Assembly: GCA_963708045.1 (NCBI GenBank) | Contig: OY970181.1 | Span: 707,740-771,739, forward strand | Direction: 5' to 3' | Origin: an uncultured bacterium | GTDB lineage: Bacteria; Patescibacteriota; Patescibacteriia; CAIQCM01 | Length of the DNA: 64,000 bases | In this document: piece after piece, positions 55,362-63,343 of the stretch | Layout of the letters: each line of letters begins with the position of its first letter | Position numbering within the stretch: the first letter of the stretch is position 1 | Translations under genes and position numbers: made by a program | Notes under the pieces: model-generated | What the model was told of the DNA's origin: nothing | The model's input: the letters and a program-made list of their open reading frames with translations, nothing else | Databases searched by the model: none

Positions 55362-57428
55362 ATGACAAAAACGGAAGCCAAAGAACGAATAGAAAAATTA
55401 AAGCGCGAAGTGGAGCGTCACCGATATCTTTATCACGTGCTTGATCGCGTGGAAATTTCCGACGCCGCGCTGGATTCGCTTAAACACGAATTATACCGGT
55501 TGGAACAGTCGCATCCTGAGTTTATAACGAGCGACTCGCCAACGCAGCGCGTGGGCGGGGAGCCACTTCCTGAGTTTAAAAAAGTCCGCCATCTTGAAGC
55601 AATGCTTTCAATGGAGGATGTTTTTAGTTTTGACGAGTTTACCGATTGGCATAAGCGAAATAAAAAAATTATTTCGGCTCTTCCTGATGATTTTTATGGG
55701 GAAATAAAAATGGATGGCTTGGCGGTTTCACTCGTTTACGAGAATGGTGTTTTTGTAAACGGTTCTACGCGCGGCGACGGTATGATTGGTGAAGATGTGA
55801 CAAAAAATTTAAAAACAATTGAATCAATCCCGCTAACATTACGCGTTCCTCCAGAAAAAGAAATTGCCGATTTTTTAAAAAATTATCCGGGAACCGATCA
55901 GAAAAAATTTCGTGAACTCGTTACGGCGCACCACGGGCGGATTGAGATTCGTGGCGAGGCGTATATGCGGAAAAAGGTTTTTGAAAAACTTAACGCCGCG
56001 GCAAAAAAAAATAACGAACCGCCTTTTGCGAACCCGCGGAACGCTGCCGCTGGCGCGATTCGCCAGCTTGACTCAAAAATAACTGCGTCGCGGCATTTGT
56101 CGTTTTTTGGCTATGCCCTTGCTACGGATTTTGGCGAAACAACGCACGAAGCGACGCACCAGATTATTCAAATGCTTGGCGCGCCGGTTAACCCGCTTGT
56201 CGCTCGTTGCCAATCGCTTACCGACGTCCAAAATTTTTACGACAAGGTAAAAAAAGAACGCGAGCGGTTGGACTATTGGTTAGATGGGGTTGTTGTGGTT
56301 ATAAATAGCAATAAAAATTTTCAGCGTTTGGGAGTTGTCGGAAAAACGCCGCGCGGACACATTGCTTATAAATTTCCCGCCGAACAAGTTACTACCGTGG
56401 TTCAAGAAGTTGTTTGGGGTGTCGGACGGATGGGGACGGTAACGCCGGTCGCGCATGTTCGTCCAGTGTTTGTCGGTGGAACAACGGTAACAAACGCGAC
56501 TTTACATAATCTTGATGAGGTCGGAAGACTGGGTGTTAAAATTGGCGACACAGTAATTTTGGAAAAAGCCGGCGACGTAATTCCTAAAATCGTGCGCGTG
56601 CTTCCTAATTTGCGAACGGGAAAAGAAAAAACGATTCATCCGCCAAAACATTGTCCAATTTGCGGAACGGAACTTGTTCGTCGTGAAAATGAAGTCGCAA
56701 TTGTTTGCCCAAATAAAAATTGTTTTGCCCGAAATTCCGCCGGCATAAAACATTTTGTCGCGCGTAAGGCGATGAACATAGAAGGCTTGGGCGAAAAAAC
56801 AATTGAACAGTTTTTAAACGAGGGACTGATTCGCGACCCGTCCGACCTTTATGATCTTAAGGTTGGCGATGTTTTGCCGCTTGAGCGCTTTGCTGAAACC
56901 TCGGCCGACAATATTGTTTCTGCGATTAGCGCGGCGCGTGAGGCAACGCTTGCTCGTTTTCTTTTCGCTTTGGGAATAGAACATTTGGGCGAGGAAACCG
57001 CCCGTCTTCTCGCAGAACATTTTGGAACCATAGAACGTTTGCGTCATGCAACTCAGATAGAGCTTGCCGAAGTCGCTGGCGTGGGCGAGATAGTAGCGGC
57101 AAGCGTCCAAAGCTGGTTTGCCGATCGTTTGCACGCCGCGTATCTTGATCGTTTGCTTAAAAAAATTAAAGTCACAAACGCGACGCCAAAAATTGCAGGC
57201 CCGCTTTCGGGCAAGACCTTTGTTTTTACTGGCGAACTTGAAAATATGTCGCGCGACGAAGCAAAAGAAAAGGTTCGCGAAAAAGGCGGCAAGGCTTCGG
57301 AAAGCGTTTCTAAAAAAACCGATTACGTTGTCGCGGGACCGGGTGCTGGCGACAAGCTTGAGAAGGCGCGCAAACTAAACGTTGGGGTCTTGAACGAAAA
57401 AGAGTTTCTCGCTATGATCCATAAGTAA
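55362..57428 (+). CDS. ligA: NAD-dependent DNA ligase
   Basis: SPTQRVG, KMDG, NPRNAAAG, KAGDVIP, Cys4 zinc finger, HhH motifs, BRCT. Confidence 0.97.
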   Translation: MTKTEAKERIEKLKREVERHRYLYHVLDRVEISDAALDSLKHELYRLEQSHPEFITSDSPTQRVGGEPLPEFKKVRHLEAMLSMEDVFSFDEFTDWHKRNKKIISALPDDFYGEIKMDGLAVSLVYENGVFVNGSTRGDGMIGEDVTKNLKTIESIPLTLRVPPEKEIADFLKNYPGTDQKKFRELVTAHHGRIEIRGEAYMRKKVFEKLNAAAKKNNEPPFANPRNAAAGAIRQLDSKITASRHLSFFGYALATDFGETTHEATHQIIQMLGAPVNPLVARCQSLTDVQNFYDKVKKERERLDYWLDGVVVVINSNKNFQRLGVVGKTPRGHIAYKFPAEQVTTVVQEVVWGVGRMGTVTPVAHVRPVFVGGTTVTNATLHNLDEVGRLGVKIGDTVILEKAGDVIPKIVRVLPNLRTGKEKTIHPPKHCPICGTELVRRENEVAIVCPNKNCFARNSAGIKHFVARKAMNIEGLGEKTIEQFLNEGLIRDPSDLYDLKVGDVLPLERFAETSADNIVSAISAAREATLARFLFALGIEHLGEETARLLAEHFGTIERLRHATQIELAEVAGVGEIVAASVQSWFADRLHAAYLDRLLKKIKVTNATPKIAGPLSGKTFVFTGELENMSRDEAKEKVREKGGKASESVSKKTDYVVAGPGAGDKLEKARKLNVGVLNEKEFLAMIHK

Positions 57429-57429
57429 T

Positions 57430-57729
57430 ATGTCAAAGATTTCACAAGAAGAAATAATCAAATTAATCGGCTTGGCTAAATTGCCCTTGGACACTACGGC
57501 TCTAAAGAGCCGTGAAAACGATATGGAGGAAATTTTGGGTTATGTCGCCAAGTTGTCCGAAGTAGACCTTAGGGATGTTGTTCCTGTTCCTGGAGGAACG
57601 GATTTGGTTAATCAGTTACGTTCAGACGAGCTTGACCCTTCGGCTGAGGCGTTAAAAGCCGCCCTACGTGATTCATTTGCGACCCAAGAAGCACAAATGG
57701 CCAAGGTACCGCCGGTTTTAAGCAAATAG
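57430..57729 (+). CDS. gatC: Asp/Glu-tRNA amidotransferase subunit C
   Basis: LAKL, ILGYVAKLSEVD, LRSDE, KVPPVL; precedes gatA. Confidence 0.85.
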   Translation: MSKISQEEIIKLIGLAKLPLDTTALKSRENDMEEILGYVAKLSEVDLRDVVPVPGGTDLVNQLRSDELDPSAEALKAALRDSFATQEAQMAKVPPVLSK

Positions 57730-57730
57730 T

Positions 57731-59155
57731 ATGACGGAATTTTCTAAGAAAAACATTAACGAAACGCTGGCCGCTTATCGTGATAAAACTTTAAAACCAT
57801 CCGCCGTTGCCGCGGAAATTTTTAAGATCATTAAAACAAAGGATGGCGAAGTTGGTGCGTATTTGCGCACTTACGAAGACGAGGCAATGCTCGCGGCCAA
57901 GGCGGCTGATAAGGCATACGAAAACGGTACCGCGCGTCCGCTTGAAGGAATTTTTGTCGCGATTAAGGATAATATGCTCGTCGCGGGCACGATTACGACT
58001 TCGGCTTCGGCTATCCTTTCAAAATATCGCGCGCCATATACCGGAACGGCGGTGCAAAAACTTTTAGACGCTGGCGCAATTATGGTTGGAAAAACGAATA
58101 TGGACGAGTTTGCGATGGGTTCGTCAACCGAATCGTCGGCTTTTCAGCAAACACGCAATCCACGCGACCTTTCGTGTGTTCCTGGTGGTTCGTCGGGTGG
58201 TTCGGCCGCCGCCGTGGCCGCGGAAATGTGCCACGTCGCCCTTGGCTCAGACACTGGCGGTTCTATTCGTCAACCGGCGTCGTTTTGTGGCGTCACTGGT
58301 TTTAAACCGTCATACGGTTCGGTTTCGCGCTATGGTCTGATGGCAATGGCATCAAGCTTAGACGTCATTGGTCCGATTGGTCGCAATGTTTCCGATTGTC
58401 GCGTTATCTACGAAACAATTTGCGGCGCGGACGGACGCGACGGCACGAGCTGGAATCTTGCTTCAAAAAAAACACTTGTGAACGGATCGCTTCAAGGCGT
58501 TAAGGTTGGCGTACCGGCCGAATATTTTTTGCCAGGCTTGGATCCTGAAGTGGAAAGCTGTATTCAAAAAGGCTTGAAAAAAATGAAAGATGCCGGCGCC
58601 GAGCTTGTTAATATTTCCCTTCCTAATACGGAATACGGCCTTGCCACATACTACGTGATTATGCCAGCCGAAGCCTCCACTAATCTTTCGCGTTATGATG
58701 GCGTTCGCTATCAAACCTCGGAAATGCCGACGGCTTCGTCGCTTGAAGATGGCTATATAAAAACCCGCGCCCATTTTGGCACCGAAGTCCAACGTCGTAT
58801 TCTTATTGGAACTTATGTTCTTTCGGCTGGCTATTACGATGCTTATTATCGCCAAGCGCAAAAAATGCGCGGGATGTTGATTAAAGATTTTAATGACGCC
58901 TGGCAAAAAGTTGATTGTATTGTCAGCCCAACATCGCCGTCGGTCGCTTGGAAGATTGGGGAAAAAATTAGTGATCCGCTTGCAATGTATCTTTCTGATG
59001 TTTTCACTGTTACCGCTAATTTGGCGCGAATTCCGGGCATTGCCGTTCCTTGCGGCGAAGCCTCGGGCATGCCTGTTGGCATGCAAATTTTTGCGCCGGT
59101 AGGTGAGGATCGCTATTTGCTTGACATTGCCGCCGCGTTTGAAAAACTTAAATAA
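57731..59155 (+). CDS. gatA: Asp/Glu-tRNA amidotransferase subunit A
   Basis: KDN, KTNMDEFAMGSS, PGGSSGGSA, GSDTGGSIRQPA, GYYDAYY. Confidence 0.97.
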   Translation: MTEFSKKNINETLAAYRDKTLKPSAVAAEIFKIIKTKDGEVGAYLRTYEDEAMLAAKAADKAYENGTARPLEGIFVAIKDNMLVAGTITTSASAILSKYRAPYTGTAVQKLLDAGAIMVGKTNMDEFAMGSSTESSAFQQTRNPRDLSCVPGGSSGGSAAAVAAEMCHVALGSDTGGSIRQPASFCGVTGFKPSYGSVSRYGLMAMASSLDVIGPIGRNVSDCRVIYETICGADGRDGTSWNLASKKTLVNGSLQGVKVGVPAEYFLPGLDPEVESCIQKGLKKMKDAGAELVNISLPNTEYGLATYYVIMPAEASTNLSRYDGVRYQTSEMPTASSLEDGYIKTRAHFGTEVQRRILIGTYVLSAGYYDAYYRQAQKMRGMLIKDFNDAWQKVDCIVSPTSPSVAWKIGEKISDPLAMYLSDVFTVTANLARIPGIAVPCGEASGMPVGMQIFAPVGEDRYLLDIAAAFEKLK

Positions 59156-59173
59156 TTTTTAATAAATAAAAAA

Positions 59174-59746
59174 ATGCTCATTAGACCTTTGGGACAAAAA
59201 AAGAATGGTGGTTTTATTTCAGGAAAGTCTAAGCCGGCGTCGTCGCAGTCTTATACGCCTCGGGTTCCGCATTGGTGGAAAAAAGAAAATACTGGGCTTA
59301 AAAGCGTCGCGATTTGTCCGCGCTGTCAGGCAATTTATTACGACAAACATTGGCATTCGTGGCAAAAACCAAGCCGCCATCTTCCTAAAGATTTGCGCGC
59401 TAGCGAAACTTATTGTCTGGCTTGTGCCGCGATCATTTCGGGAAATGATAATTCAGGACGTGGTTTTGCTGGCGAGGTGGTTTTCTCTGGGCTTGATCGT
59501 TTGGCTGAACGGTTGGAAGTTGTTAATTTGATTAAAAATATCGGTAAGCGAGCGCTTAAGCGCAATCCTGAAGACCAGATTGTAAAAATTGAAGACAAAA
59601 ATAACGCGCTCAGAGTGACGACGGTTAAAAACCAACTTGCGGTTTCGCTTGGTAAACAGGTAGACGCGGCGCTAAAAGGGGGAAAGCTAACAATTTCGTG
59701 GTCGCGCGAAGACGAACCGGCGCGCGTTCGTTGGGTTGCACCGTAA
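59174..59746 (+). CDS. Zinc-binding protein, BCAM0308/NMD3-like
   Basis: CPRC...CLAC, NPEDQI, VTT..QLA, RVRW. Confidence 0.65.
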   Translation: MLIRPLGQKKNGGFISGKSKPASSQSYTPRVPHWWKKENTGLKSVAICPRCQAIYYDKHWHSWQKPSRHLPKDLRASETYCLACAAIISGNDNSGRGFAGEVVFSGLDRLAERLEVVNLIKNIGKRALKRNPEDQIVKIEDKNNALRVTTVKNQLAVSLGKQVDAALKGGKLTISWSREDEPARVRWVAP

Positions 59747-59761
59747 TTAAATTTTAACTAT

Positions 59762-60013
59762 ATGTATCCAAAAGCAAATATTGTCGCGATTGGAATTGCC
59801 GTTGGCACGAGCGCAGCAATTGCGGTAATCATTTATACCATTTTCGCGTATTTTTTCGGTTACGGCATAGAAGCGGAGATTGTTTTGGATGGATTTTTTC
59901 CAGGCTATGCGCTTTCTATGGCCGGCGCCGTTATTGGCGCTGTTTGGGCATTTTCTTTGGGATATTTATTCTCAGCGCTCATTGCTTGGTTTTATAACAA
60001 GTTAAACAAGTAG
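59762..60013 (+). CDS. Small two-TM membrane protein
   Basis: 83 aa, PGY...IGAVWAF...AWFYN. Confidence 0.7.
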   Translation: MYPKANIVAIGIAVGTSAAIAVIIYTIFAYFFGYGIEAEIVLDGFFPGYALSMAGAVIGAVWAFSLGYLFSALIAWFYNKLNK

Positions 60014-60093
60014 CGTTCTTGACACAAACCTTGTTCTTGTCTTGGTTCGTACTATATAATAGATAATCTTAATAATAATTTTAATATTTGTTT

Positions 60094-60909
60094 ATGAGTG
60101 AAAATTCCTCGTCAGAATCAGCAAAGAAGAAAAGCGTGTTTGATGCCTTTACCTCCAAAACTACTTTTTGGTCGGGTTTTGTTATTGGGATAATGGCTTT
60201 TTGCACGATTGTTTTTATTTTAATGGTCGGTACGAAAACCGATTGGAAGTCTTTTGGTTTTAGTAATTTGCAAAATGGTTGGAAAACAAATCCGCCAGTT
60301 GCGGCAAACGGCAATGACAATGCCAACACGAATGCGCCGGCGAAGGCTGCCGATAAACTCCCTGCGATTACGGGCGCCGACCATGTTCGCGGCGATCTTA
60401 ATAAAGCTAAAGTCGTGATGGTTGAATATTCTGATTTTGAATGCCCATACTGCAAGCGTTTTGATACAACCATTCAGCAGGTCTATAAGGATTACGGGGC
60501 AGACATTGCCTGGGTTTATCGTCATTTCCCACTCACAAGCATTCACGCTAATGCGACTAAAGAAGCCGAAGCGACCGAATGCGCGGCCGAGCTTGGTGGC
60601 AATGATGCCTTTTGGAAATATGCCGACGCGCTTTATGCGCGGACAGCTTCCGGTGGCACGGGTTTTGCACTTACCAAACTTGGACCGCTTGCAAAAGAAC
60701 TTGGTCTTGACCAGAAGAAGTTTCAATCTTGCCTAGATTCCGGCAAATATACCGCTAAGGTTCAAGCCGATGAACAAGGTGGAGAAACGGCTGGCGTAAC
60801 CGGCACTCCGGCGACCTTTGTCATAAATCGCAATGGCGACTCTGAATTGATTGTTGGCGCCGAATCGGTTGCCAACGTAAAGAAAGTAATTGACGCGCTT
60901 ATTAAATAG
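60094..60909 (+). CDS. DsbA/BdbD-family thioredoxin-fold oxidoreductase, membrane-anchored
   Basis: EYSDFECPYC, YRHFPL, GVTGTPA. Confidence 0.92.
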   Translation: MSENSSSESAKKKSVFDAFTSKTTFWSGFVIGIMAFCTIVFILMVGTKTDWKSFGFSNLQNGWKTNPPVAANGNDNANTNAPAKAADKLPAITGADHVRGDLNKAKVVMVEYSDFECPYCKRFDTTIQQVYKDYGADIAWVYRHFPLTSIHANATKEAEATECAAELGGNDAFWKYADALYARTASGGTGFALTKLGPLAKELGLDQKKFQSCLDSGKYTAKVQADEQGGETAGVTGTPATFVINRNGDSELIVGAESVANVKKVIDALIK

Positions 60910-60948
60910 GGTTTAGGGTATAGCGTGTAGCGTTTAGTATTTAGAGGG
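60907..60948. repeat. One-armed heptamer array (TAGSGTT family)
   Basis: tagggtt tagggta tagcgtg tagcgtt tagtatt tagaggg; starts on the dsbA stop. Confidence 0.8.
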
Positions 60949-60975
60949 GCGATCCGGTTTATCGGATCGCCCTTT
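60945..60975 (+). terminator. Intrinsic terminator
   Basis: gggcgatccg gtttat cggatcgccc ttt. Confidence 0.7.
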
Positions 60976-61068
60976 CTGGACTAAAAGTTAAAAATAAGGT
61001 AAAAATAGTTAATCCCGTAAGGGGGTAGTTTTTTAAAAATTAATAGAAGATAGCTTAGTTTTCAAAGC

Positions 61069-61295
61069 GGAAGCGTGGCCGATCGAGCAAAGCGAGATCC
61101 CGCCGAAGGCGATGGGTGGCCGATGTGTGTAAAACGGAAGCGTGGCCGAGTGGCCGATGGCGCACGCTTGGAAAGCGTGTAAACCGCAAGGTTTCAGAGG
61201 TTCAAATCCTCTCGCTTCCGTTTTGTACATATGGCGCCCCGATGGACATCGGGGTAAACCGCAAGGTTTCAGAGGTTCAAATCCTCTCGCTTCCG
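61069..61295 (+). ncRNA. Outer, interrupted tRNA-Ser-like copy enclosing the intact tRNA-Ser
   Basis: 5' pieces at 61069-61082 and 61116-61125, 3' part at 61231-61295; the last 42 nt are identical to the inner tRNA; anticodon arm altered. Confidence 0.7.
61136..61220 (+). tRNA. tRNA-Ser (anticodon GGA), long variable arm, CCA not encoded
   Basis: GGAAGCGTGGCCGAGTGGCCGATGGCGCACGCTT-GGA-AAGCGTGTAAACCGCAAGGTTTCAGAGGTTCAAATCCTCTCGCTTCCG. Confidence 0.95.
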
Positions 61296-61320
61296 CTTTG
61301 AAAATTATCAACCACCATTT

Positions 61321-62265
61321 ATGGAACTTATCCGCGACTTTAAGAAGATAAATAAAAACGATGCGCCGCTTGCGGGCGGCAAGGGTGCGTCGCTTGGGGA
61401 AATGACCGGCGCTGGAATTCCGGTTCCGCCTGGATACGTTATTTTATCTGCTTCTTTTGAAAAATTTTTAGAAGCGACTGATTTGAATGTAGAAATTGAT
61501 GCGATCCTTCACACGGTTCACCACGAAGAAATGCATACCGTGGAAAACGCTTCGGAAAAAATTCAAGGGCTTATTTTAAATGCTGATTTTCCAAAAGACA
61601 TTTCCGACGAGGTGCAAAAGTATTTTAAAAAGTTGGATGCTAAATTTGTTGCTGTCCGTTCCAGCGCCACGGCCGAGGATGGCGCGGAAAACGCTTGGGC
61701 TGGCCAACTGGATAGTTTTTTAAATACGACCGAAGAGACATTGCTTCAAAACGTTAAACGTTGTTGGTCGTCGCTTTTTACGCCGCGCGCGATTTTTTAT
61801 CGTTTTGAAAAACAATTGCACAAGCAAAAAATCTCCGTCGCGGTTGTCGTGCAAAAAATGGTCGCGTCCGACGTTTCGGGAATCGCTTTTTCGGTGCATC
61901 CCGTAACGCAAGACAGAAACCAGCTGATTATTGAAGCAGGTTTCGGGCTTGGCGAAGCGATCGTCTCGGGACAGATTACGCCCGACAGCTATGTCGTAGA
62001 AAAAAGCGAAATGGCGATTTTGGACGCGAACATCGCGGAGCAAGAAAGAATGATTGTTAAAAAAGCTGGCGGCGGAAATGAGTGGGTGGAAGTCGCGCCC
62101 GAAAAACGAAATGAACAAAAACTTTCCGGCAAGCAAGTAATGGAGCTTTCTAAAATCGTCATTGGCATTGAAAAGCATTACGGTTTTCCTTGCGACATAG
62201 AATGGGCAATGGAAAAATCAGTTTTTTACATCACCCAATCGCGTCCCATTACGACTTTGGGATAA
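61321..62265 (+). CDS. Stand-alone PEP/pyruvate-binding (PPDK_N, ATP-grasp) domain protein
   Basis: GGKGASLGEM, VAVRSSATAED, AGQ, GLGEAIVSG, DIEWA, QSRPITTL; stops with no phospho-His domain. Confidence 0.9.
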   Translation: MELIRDFKKINKNDAPLAGGKGASLGEMTGAGIPVPPGYVILSASFEKFLEATDLNVEIDAILHTVHHEEMHTVENASEKIQGLILNADFPKDISDEVQKYFKKLDAKFVAVRSSATAEDGAENAWAGQLDSFLNTTEETLLQNVKRCWSSLFTPRAIFYRFEKQLHKQKISVAVVVQKMVASDVSGIAFSVHPVTQDRNQLIIEAGFGLGEAIVSGQITPDSYVVEKSEMAILDANIAEQERMIVKKAGGGNEWVEVAPEKRNEQKLSGKQVMELSKIVIGIEKHYGFPCDIEWAMEKSVFYITQSRPITTLG

Positions 62266-62268
62266 ATT

Positions 62269-62856
62269 ATGTCGCGCCTTGACGAATTAAAGAAAAAAAT
62301 TGACGAGCTTTACCTGTCCAAAAATAAAAATCGCGCGGACTGGGCGGATTGGTTGTATAAAAATCATATTTTTCTTGTTGCCGAAGAAGCGGGGCGTTTA
62401 GCTGATCGCTATGACGCGGACAAGGATTTAACGATTGCCGCGGCAATGCTTCACGATGTTGCCGATGCGGTAATGAAGCGAGAAGATACTGGTCACGAAG
62501 AAATGAGCGCCAAAATTGCTATAGAATATTTGTCGGCTTCTGGGTTTTCCCCAGCTGAAATTGGCATTATTGTAAATGACGCGATGAAATTGCATGGTTG
62601 CGCTGGCGGGGAGTTTCCACTTTCTTTTGAAGGGAAAATAATGGCGACCGCCGACGCTGTCGTGCACCTCACTACCAATTTTTACGAACACTGTATTGAA
62701 GTTTTAAAAAATGAAGAGCCGGTGCCAGAAATTAGGAAATGGGCGCTAAAAAAATTAGAACGCGATTTTTACAACAAGATCCAGCTTGAAGCGATTCGGG
62801 AAGAAGTAAAAAATGATTATGAAAAATTAAAAGAATTTTTATCGGGTGAATTTTAA
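62269..62856 (+). CDS. HD-domain phosphohydrolase
   Basis: NHI, AAMLHDVA, HEE, LHG, TADA. Confidence 0.85.
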   Translation: MSRLDELKKKIDELYLSKNKNRADWADWLYKNHIFLVAEEAGRLADRYDADKDLTIAAAMLHDVADAVMKREDTGHEEMSAKIAIEYLSASGFSPAEIGIIVNDAMKLHGCAGGEFPLSFEGKIMATADAVVHLTTNFYEHCIEVLKNEEPVPEIRKWALKKLERDFYNKIQLEAIREEVKNDYEKLKEFLSGEF

Positions 62857-62858
62857 AT

Positions 62859-63218
62859 ATGAAAATTATTATTCAAAATCTTAAAGACAATTCGCGCACG
62901 CTGATCCGCCACGCGGGCTATGGCGAGCATTATGATAACCGAACTCGGGAAGTAAGTTATCATCGCCGACTTGGGCAAACTGTTTTTCCCAATTTCCACG
63001 TTTACCTAAAAGATATGGCGAATGGCGTTGAAGTGTCTTTGCATTTGGACCAAAAACAGCCAAGCTATGGCGCAGGCCATATGCACTCAGGCGATTATGA
63101 CGGACCGCTTATAGAACGCGAGCTTGAACGTATTAAAACGTCATTTGAAAACGCCGCGGCGCCGGAAGTTGACGAACCTGAGGAAAAGAAAGGATTTTTT
63201 TCAAAATTGTTTGGATAA
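62859..63218 (+). CDS. Hypothetical protein
   Basis: 119 aa, FPNFHVY, LHLDQKQPSY, HSGDYDG. Confidence 0.75.
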   Translation: MKIIIQNLKDNSRTLIRHAGYGEHYDNRTREVSYHRRLGQTVFPNFHVYLKDMANGVEVSLHLDQKQPSYGAGHMHSGDYDGPLIERELERIKTSFENAAAPEVDEPEEKKGFFSKLFG

Positions 63219-63308
63219 TTATATGTCGGAATTTGACGCTTTCAACAAAAGCCAGCAAGATAAGGCATGATATGATTGCGTCACAAAGTCGCTAAAGCAT
63301 CACCTGTC

Positions 63309-63339
63309 TAAAAGTTAATAGTTAACAGTTAAAAGTTAA
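63309..63339. repeat. One-armed heptamer array (TAAMAGT family)
   Basis: taaaagt taatagt taacagt taaaagt taa, just before the dnaG start. Confidence 0.85.
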
Positions 63340-63343
63340 ACGC

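Noticed and set aside
60907-60921. TTTAGGG as a telomeric repeat or eukaryotic contamination
   Set aside because: Only about two degenerate units inside a bacterial operon; fits the local heptamer pattern
63223-63270. 15-codon ORF MSEFDAFNKSQQDKA before dnaG
   Set aside because: Too short to support; could be a gene remnant but shows no recognisable homology
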